A stretch of DNA of 11,610 nt, taken from NCBI GenBank assembly GCA_049976425.1, contig JBMFIG010000037.1:1-11610 (forward strand). The letters run 5' to 3'. The DNA is from Thermoproteus sp. (GTDB taxonomy: Archaea; Thermoproteota; Thermoprotei; Thermoproteales; Thermoproteaceae). Both the position numbers and the translations under genes were made by a program. A model generated the notes under the pieces. That model saw only the letters and a program-made list of their open reading frames with translations, was not told where the DNA came from and did not search any database. Position 1 is the first letter of the stretch; each line of letters begins with the position of its first letter. This document shows, piece by piece, positions 5,946 through 11,610 of this stretch.

Positions 5946-6445
5946 TCGAGGACCTCCTCCAGCTGAGGAAGGCCATAGAGGAGAAGATAGCCCAGATGGA
6001 GAAGGAGCTCGAGCTATACAGGAAAGTGCTCGCGGCTCTGGACGAGGTGATCGGCAAGAGGTCGTTCACGACGGCGGCCGAGGAGAAGGAGAGGCGCGAG
6101 GCGGCCAGAAAGCCCCTGGAGGTCCAGACCCTTAAGTCCAAGGACGGGGAGGAGCTCGGCGTGGCCGAGATATACGAGGACGAGCTGGTCTTGAGGCCCA
6201 AGACGCCCGTCAAGCTCGAGGGACTCCTCAAGAGGTTCTTCGTCGAGAAGCTCCTGGAGAGATATAGGGAGGAGGACGAGGACGCCGTGAGGCAGGGCAA
6301 GAAGGAGGCGGCCCTCGAATACGAGGTGCAGGAGGAGGGAGGGGCCGTCAAGGCCATCGTGGTTAAGAACTACGGCGACGAGAACAGACGTAGGGACATA
6401 ATAAGGGCGTTTAGGTGGACTCTCGAGAGGGCGCTCAAGAGCTGA
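5942..6445 (+). CDS. Hypothetical protein (N-terminal coiled coil + alpha/beta domain)
   Basis: 167 aa with host-like codon usage, an N-terminal heptad helix ending in RSFTTA and a C-terminal VKNY....R..DIIRAFRWTLER. It resembles an uncharacterised TACK-archaeal family (from recollection, not searched). Confidence 0.85.
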   Translation: MVEDLLQLRKAIEEKIAQMEKELELYRKVLAALDEVIGKRSFTTAAEEKERREAARKPLEVQTLKSKDGEELGVAEIYEDELVLRPKTPVKLEGLLKRFFVEKLLERYREEDEDAVRQGKKEAALEYEVQEEGGAVKAIVVKNYGDENRRRDIIRAFRWTLERALKS

Positions 6446-6459
6446 GGGGCCAGGCCGCT

Positions 6460-8244
6460 TCAAGGCGCCGCCTCCGGGCCTTGCTCCACCTTGACCTTCT
6501 TCTGGCTCTTGTACATCTCCAAGAGCTCGTCGACGGTCGTCGCCTCCTCCGGCGATTTGTCCGTCCTGTATCTGCCGGTGAATCTGGGGAAGCGTATCGC
6601 CAGGCCGACGTCGGGCCTCACGGCGCCTAGGCAACAGGTGTGCAACGGCGACAGCGTGATCTCCGCCCCTATGATCTCAAGGACCACGCCGGGCGTGAAC
6701 CAGACGTCGGGCTCCATCCTGGACGAGACCCTAGGGTGTCTGTGGTCTATCTTGTAGGGCTCCAGCATCTGGTACATCTTCTTCAAATCGGCGTCTGTGA
6801 ACCCGCTCCCCACCTTGCAGACGGTGTAGAACGTGTCCGTCTTGGGGTCGTAGGCAGCCGTGAGGAAGGCGCCGTAGAGGCCCGCCCTCTTGCCCCTCCC
6901 GTAGAAGGCCCCCACGACGACGAGGTCCACGGTGTCGCTCATCTCGCTACGGTAATCCCTCTTGTATTTTATCCAGTTCCAGCCCCTGGCCCCCATCTCG
7001 TAGATAGACGTGGGGCTCTTGCAGACCAGCCCCTCCATGCCCATGGATATGGCCTCGTGGAAGAACACGTCGACCTTCTCCTCGTCGTCGAAGAGGGCCC
7101 ATTTGGCTATGACCACGTCCTCCCCCTCCTTGACTATCTCCGACAGCTTGAGCCTTCTGTACATAAGCGGCTTGTCCGTGAGATCCTCGCCGTCTAGGTA
7201 GAGCAGATCGAAGAGGTTGAGCTTGGCCGGGTACTCCTTGACGGCCTCCTCCACCTCGTGCTTCCTCTTGCGGTGCATGAGCTCTTGAAACGGCAGTAGG
7301 TCGCCTGTGTCGGGATCCACCGCCACGATCTCGCCCTCGAGCACGGCCTCTCTGGCCGACACCGACCTCTTCACGGCCTCCACGACGTCGGGATAGGCGT
7401 GGGTTATGTTCTCGAGCCTCCTGCTGTATATAGCCACGCCGTCGGGCGATACGTGTATCTGGGCCCTCTCCCCGTCGTATTTGTACTCGCATATGGCGGC
7501 GCCCCCCAGCTTGGCCAAGATCTCCCTCGACGTGCTGAGGCGTTGGGCCAACATAGGCATGACCGGCACGCCTGGCGTTATCCTCACCTCAGCCAGCCCC
7601 GCCGCCCCCCTCTCGGCCACCAGCCTGCCGAGGAAGCCGAGGTCGGGCCTTACGTTGTAGGCCCTCTCCAAGGCTTCTTCCGGCACGCCGAAGGCCTCCG
7701 CCAGGGCGTCTATCACCGTCATGTCGGCCACGCCCAGCCTCAGACGGCCCACGACGAAGCGGGCCACGTACTTGGCCTCGTCCGGCGAGAGCTGGGAGAA
7801 GAGCGACGAGAGGAGGGATATCTTTAGGTCCTGCGACCCCTCGCCGGAGGCCTTGGCCACCTTGAGAAGCGTGTCGTAGACCTGCGATATGGATAGGCCG
7901 GCCTTTCTGCCCCCCGCGAAGGCGAGCAACGTCTGGGCCTGCCGTCTGGAGAGGGCCCTCCTCGCCGCCTCCCCCATGTCGCCCGTCTTCTTGTAGAGCT
8001 CCTCGATCTCGTCGGCCTTGGCGCCCGAGGCCCGCGCGATTGCTCTTATGCAGAGCTTCTCGCCGACGCCGAGCTCCAGGCCCTCCCAAGGAGGCCTCAG
8101 ATCGCCCAATATGATATATATCGCCTTGTCTATCTCGGCCGGCTCCAGCTTCTTGAATAGGCCCACCAGAAGCCGCACCATCGTGGTCCTCTGAGTAGTC
8201 GACTCTATCGAGGCGAGTACCTTGGCCAGCTCCGAGAACTCCAC
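6460..8244 (-). CDS. lig: ATP-dependent DNA ligase
   Basis: Motif [18 protein letters not shown], IIIa [24 protein letters not shown] and VI IRFPRF, plus an N-terminal DNA-binding domain; 594 aa; GTG start. Confidence 0.98.
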   Translation of the reverse strand: MEFSELAKVLASIESTTQRTTMVRLLVGLFKKLEPAEIDKAIYIILGDLRPPWEGLELGVGEKLCIRAIARASGAKADEIEELYKKTGDMGEAARRALSRRQAQTLLAFAGGRKAGLSISQVYDTLLKVAKASGEGSQDLKISLLSSLFSQLSPDEAKYVARFVVGRLRLGVADMTVIDALAEAFGVPEEALERAYNVRPDLGFLGRLVAERGAAGLAEVRITPGVPVMPMLAQRLSTSREILAKLGGAAICEYKYDGERAQIHVSPDGVAIYSRRLENITHAYPDVVEAVKRSVSAREAVLEGEIVAVDPDTGDLLPFQELMHRKRKHEVEEAVKEYPAKLNLFDLLYLDGEDLTDKPLMYRRLKLSEIVKEGEDVVIAKWALFDDEEKVDVFFHEAISMGMEGLVCKSPTSIYEMGARGWNWIKYKRDYRSEMSDTVDLVVVGAFYGRGKRAGLYGAFLTAAYDPKTDTFYTVCKVGSGFTDADLKKMYQMLEPYKIDHRHPRVSSRMEPDVWFTPGVVLEIIGAEITLSPLHTCCLGAVRPDVGLAIRFPRFTGRYRTDKSPEEATTVDELLEMYKSQKKVKVEQGPEAAP

Positions 8245-8247
8245 GTG

Positions 8248-8778
8248 CTATACTCCTCCCTTAAAAATACTTAGGTACAGCTCCAGATACGTGGCGTCGA
8301 CCTTCTCCCTCAAGCCCAGCCTCTCGGCCAGAGCGGATATCTCCGCCTCGGCCTCCCCCACAGATCCCTCTGAGGAGGCGACCGCCTCTATCTCCACGAA
8401 CTGGCCGAGCCCCTCCACGTCGTCTAGGGATACGGTGAGGGGGCCGTAGGAGTAGTACTCGCGCCTCTTCTTTATGACCGCCACTTTCTTAAACCCGAGG
8501 GCCTCCAGCACGGCCTCCACGTCGCCCTCGGCCGAGGCCGTCAGCTCCAGCCGCGCCTTGGCGTTGGACCGCATGCGGGGGCCCTTGTACGACACCTCCA
8601 CGTCGGAGCCGGAGCGCCTCACCCTAAGCGCCTCGTCTGTCTCGGCGAAATCCCTACAAGGATGTTGGAAATAGACGTCGACCTCCTCCTTGGCCTCCAC
8701 GAGAGAGGCGCCGAGCTTTAAAAGCTCCTCCCTGACCTTGCCGAGGTCGGCGCGGTACTTCTGCTCAACCTCCAACAT
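8248..8778 (-). CDS. cyaB: CYTH/triphosphate tunnel metalloenzyme (class IV adenylate cyclase-like)
   Basis: N-terminal ExExK (EVEQKY), DVYF..P.RDF..TDEALRVR, YKGP, KKRR, LDDVEGLGQFVEIE and C-terminal TYLEL. Confidence 0.92.
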   Translation of the reverse strand: MLEVEQKYRADLGKVREELLKLGASLVEAKEEVDVYFQHPCRDFAETDEALRVRRSGSDVEVSYKGPRMRSNAKARLELTASAEGDVEAVLEALGFKKVAVIKKRREYYSYGPLTVSLDDVEGLGQFVEIEAVASSEGSVGEAEAEISALAERLGLREKVDATYLELYLSIFKGGV

Positions 8779-9580
8779 TCTTGCACGGAGGCCTCGCGGG
8801 ATCGGACACGGCTACGCTGAAGAGGTAGCAACGCGACGTGGCCTCGCCGTAGTACGCGCACTCCCTGCAGTCGTCCGGACGGCCGGGCATTATGCGGACG
8901 GACACCTTCAAAGCGGCGGGCCTCGGAGGCGGCGGCAAAACGGGCGGAGGAGGCGCTTGCGGCGGCGGTTGCACGGGTTGTGGGGCGGGAGGCTGAGGCT
9001 GGGGAGGAGGCGGCAACTGCACAGGTTGTGGAGGCAACTGAGCAACTGAAGGAGCCGAGGGGGGCTGTTGTGGAGGAGGCTGTTGCGCTTGCTTCAAGGC
9101 CTCCTCCAACGGCTTTATCTCGGAGACCGGCGGTTGAGGAGGCGGCGCCACGACGGGTTGCACGGGCTGGGTAGGAGCCGAGGGCGCAGGCAATGGGGGC
9201 GGCGGGGGCGGAGGGGCCGCCTGAGGGCCCAGCTGTATGCCGAACTCCTCGCCGGCCTTCTTGTAAACCGCGCTTAGGGCCTTCGACACGTCCTCGGTCC
9301 CCTCCAGTATTTTCTGGCCGTCTATGACGACTGCGGGGAAGGCCGTTATGTTGTACCTCTTGAGTATGGAGACGAGGGAGCGGAAGTGCGGCGGCACTCT
9401 CTCCACTGGCTGGTCCAGCATCTTGACCACTTGATCCGCCGCGTCCTGCCTTATCTTGACCGTGGCGAGCCTGACCCGATCCCTCCTCTCCACCTTCGAC
9501 CTAATCTCCTCGATGGCCTTCTTGAGGGACTCCTCGAGCTCCTGGCTCTTCCCCGATATGACGAACAGCTCTACGTACAC
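8765..9580 (-). CDS. Hypothetical protein: thioredoxin-like domain (no CxxC) + Pro/Gln-rich linker + C-terminal Cys4 domain
   Basis: YNITAFPAVVIDG resembles the thioredoxin cis-Pro loop; about 100 aa of P/Q-rich sequence; C-terminal CRECAYY...RC...DPARPPC. GTG start preceded by CTTAAATA; overlaps the CYTH start by 14 nt. Confidence 0.82.
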   Translation of the reverse strand: MYVELFVISGKSQELEESLKKAIEEIRSKVERRDRVRLATVKIRQDAADQVVKMLDQPVERVPPHFRSLVSILKRYNITAFPAVVIDGQKILEGTEDVSKALSAVYKKAGEEFGIQLGPQAAPPPPPPPLPAPSAPTQPVQPVVAPPPQPPVSEIKPLEEALKQAQQPPPQQPPSAPSVAQLPPQPVQLPPPPQPQPPAPQPVQPPPQAPPPPVLPPPPRPAALKVSVRIMPGRPDDCRECAYYGEATSRCYLFSVAVSDPARPPCKNVGG

Positions 9581-9588
9581 GTTTTCAA

Positions 9589-10194
9589 CTACGCGCCTCT
9601 ATTTAAGCCTAGCGTTTGCTGGATCAGACGAGAGCGCCAGAGCTCCCTCTCGATGACCTGCCCCTCGGGCCTCAGCTCGTAGAATATCTGTGTCGAGAAC
9701 ACGTATATCTTCTCCGGCACGCCCACGTTGCTCATGACGTATCTCGGGAGGGCGTCGCCCAATATCCTGCGCTCCAGCATTGTCTGCGGGAGGACGACGA
9801 AGTTGGGAGGGACGTAGACGCCCTCTACGCCCCATCTCAAGGACGTGAGGGACTCGAGGGAGGCCTCCCGGAGCCCGTCGACCAGGGTGGCCTCTATCAC
9901 GGCCCTGCGTAGCTCCATCTCGGAGAAGCGGGGTATCTGGAGCACCAGCTTCCCGGCTATCTTGGCCGAGTCGTGGGCCAGGTCCTTGACCGGCTGGACG
10001 ACGCCGAGGGAGCCGCGGACCTCGCGCCGCTCCCAGCCGTTGGAGCGGACTAGGAACTCGACCGTCACGAAGACGCCGAGCCTATACCTGGAGAGGACCT
10101 CGTCCGACGTCTTGAGGGGAAGCCCCTTGATCTTCCGCTGCATGGAGGAGCGTATGTGGGAGATGAGGCGGGCTCCCTCCTCTAGAGAAAGCAT
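9589..10194 (-). CDS. AMMECR1-domain protein (divergent)
   Basis: Motifs LSLEEG..L, GVFVT, EVRGSLG (canonical LRGCIG), PRF...EL, LPQ and QIFYE..PEG; TTTTTAAAA box 28 nt upstream. Confidence 0.85.
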   Translation of the reverse strand: MLSLEEGARLISHIRSSMQRKIKGLPLKTSDEVLSRYRLGVFVTVEFLVRSNGWERREVRGSLGVVQPVKDLAHDSAKIAGKLVLQIPRFSEMELRRAVIEATLVDGLREASLESLTSLRWGVEGVYVPPNFVVLPQTMLERRILGDALPRYVMSNVGVPEKIYVFSTQIFYELRPEGQVIERELWRSRLIQQTLGLNRGA

Positions 10195-10240
10195 GAAAGA
10201 AAAAGGAGGAGGGTTTTAAAAAGGTGGCGGGGTATTACGC

Positions 10241-11610
10241 CTACTTCGGCGGGGCCAATATCTGCATCAAGCGCCTCCTCCTCCAGTTGCTGTACTCCAT
10301 CAGCAGTATCGCGACGATTATCACTATGACTATCACCAGCACTATCCACAGCACAAGCTCGGATATCGGTATCCTAACTCCGCCTATGGTTATGCCGGCG
10401 GTGCCGGGCACGGTGACGCGTATGGCGACGGTCTGGCCGGCGGGCGGAGTTATCTGGGCAGTGCCGACGTGGTTCTGCTGGGCGGTGACCTTTATGGTGT
10501 ACTGCTGGCCGGCCAACACCTCGACTTCTACGGGGGCGGACGAGAAGCTCTTGTACAGAGTGCCGTTGGCGAAGTAGACGTCGACCTGCGACACCATGTT
10601 GTTGATGGGATAGCCGTTGTCGTCGACGGCGGATATCTGCAGCACTGCGGTCGGGACGGTTATGGTCTTGGTGGCGGTCTGGCCAGGCGACAGCGTGAAC
10701 GAGCCGGTGGAGTAGGTGCCGAACGGCGTTACGGCCACCACGTTGTACTGGAGCGGCGCGCCGGTGTTGTCCTGCGCGAGCACCTCGGCGCTCACGGAGC
10801 CGGTGCCCGTGGCTACCGCGGAGCCGCTGGGGCCTATTATCTGTATGGGCCACTGGCCGACGGAGCCCATGGCCTGGTCGACGACGCTGGCGGATATCTT
10901 GGCGGTGGGCACCACTATCTGCACGGTCGCGGTCTGTCCCTTAGAGACGGTGACGGTCTTGCTCCACGTGTAGCCGAAGGCCTGGGCGGATACGGTGTAG
11001 GTGCCGGCGAGCACCTCGGCAGTCACGGAGCCGGTGCCGGTAGCGACGTTGGCTATCTGCACAGGCGAGCTGCTGAGGGCGGTGCCGAAGGCGTCGACCA
11101 CGCTGGCAGATATCACGCCGGACGGCACGCTGACTACGTAGGTGGTCGGCCCGCTGACGGTCAGCGTTGTGGTGTTGACCACGACGGAGCCGCTGGGAGT
11201 CTTGACCGTAGTGGCCACGGTCACGTTGTAGGCGCCGACGTACTGGCTCAACGGCAGGTAGGCGGTCACAACGCCGTTGCCGGTCGCCACGGTCTGGCCG
11301 TTCAGCGAGATTGTGATCGGCCAGTCGGTCCTAAGCTTCCCGAAGCCGTCCTGGGCCTGCACGGTGACCTGCGCCAGCAGGCCGAGGGACGCAAGGTCGA
11401 AGGAGCTCGGCAGAGACGAAGTGGTCAGCGTTGTCTTAAACGGCGTCGTGAGCTTTATCGGGACTCCGTTGACGGTCACGGCGTCTATCTCCATCTGTAG
11501 CGGGTAGCTCACGCTGGTGGGTATGGGCTGGGACGGCACAATGTAGGAGGTGCCGGATACGGTCACCGTCTTGAACGGTATAGCCACGGTGCCGCTGGGA
11601 GTCTGCATGT
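10241..11610 (-). CDS. C-terminal part of a large membrane-anchored surface protein, probably the S-layer protein (5' end outside the window)
   Basis: Thr/Val/Ser/Gly-rich beta-strand repeats of about 70-90 aa, N-glycosylation sequons (NVT, NTT, NGT), a C-terminal transmembrane helix LVLWIVLVIVIVIIVAILLM and a basic tail WRRRRL. The frame is open to the window edge. Confidence 0.82.
   Translation of the reverse strand, partial: MQTPSGTVAIPFKTVTVSGTSYIVPSQPIPTSVSYPLQMEIDAVTVNGVPIKLTTPFKTTLTTSSLPSSFDLASLGLLAQVTVQAQDGFGKLRTDWPITISLNGQTVATGNGVVTAYLPLSQYVGAYNVTVATTVKTPSGSVVVNTTTLTVSGPTTYVVSVPSGVISASVVDAFGTALSSSPVQIANVATGTGSVTAEVLAGTYTVSAQAFGYTWSKTVTVSKGQTATVQIVVPTAKISASVVDQAMGSVGQWPIQIIGPSGSAVATGTGSVSAEVLAQDNTGAPLQYNVVAVTPFGTYSTGSFTLSPGQTATKTITVPTAVLQISAVDDNGYPINNMVSQVDVYFANGTLYKSFSSAPVEVEVLAGQQYTIKVTAQQNHVGTAQITPPAGQTVAIRVTVPGTAGITIGGVRIPISELVLWIVLVIVIVIIVAILLMEYSNWRRRRLMQILAPPK
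10776..11038. repeat. Internal direct repeat within the surface protein (10776-10807 and 11007-11038)
   Basis: GCGAGCACCTCGGC(GC/AG)TCACGGAGCCGGTGCC, 30/32 identical, encoding GTGSV(S/T)AEVLA. Confidence 0.85.

Noticed and set aside
8920-9230. Repetitive GC-rich DNA as a CRISPR array or tandem repeat
   Set aside because: It is explained by Pro/Gln codons and has no fixed-length repeat-spacer structure.
957-11507. Numerous antisense and alternative-frame ORFs (for example 1108-1569, 5317-5844, 6014-6634, 6640-7197, 10469-11500)
   Set aside because: They are shadows of well-supported genes, expected from high GC3 codon usage, and show no motifs.

Overview
GC-rich archaeal chromosomal DNA whose features point to Thermoproteales (Thermoproteus/Pyrobaculum-like): BRE/TATA promoters about 25-30 nt before leaderless starts, many GTG starts, and tRNAs with non-canonical introns. 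The window opens with two divergent intron-containing tRNA genes: tRNA-Arg(GCG) with a 17-nt intron at 45/46, and tRNA-Pro(CGG) with a 30-nt intron at 36/37 and an unexpected C1:C72 mismatch. A decayed fragment of a TupB-like ABC permease follows. The remaining genes are a polyprenyl diphosphate synthase, a 63-aa winged-helix protein, ribH, a translationally coupled pair of paralogous CdvA-like coiled-coil proteins, a sugar-phosphate nucleotidyltransferase, an 8-Cys protein, a PfkB kinase, a hypothetical protein, ATP-dependent DNA ligase, a CYTH protein, a thioredoxin-fold/Pro-rich/Cys4 protein, a degenerate AMMECR1 protein and the 3' part of a large membrane-anchored S-layer-like protein. The best candidate for an undescribed system is the CdvA-like pair with its nearby uncharacterised Cys-cluster, Pro-rich and winged-helix genes, in a lineage whose division machinery is unresolved. 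All family assignments come from motif recognition by eye; no searches were run.
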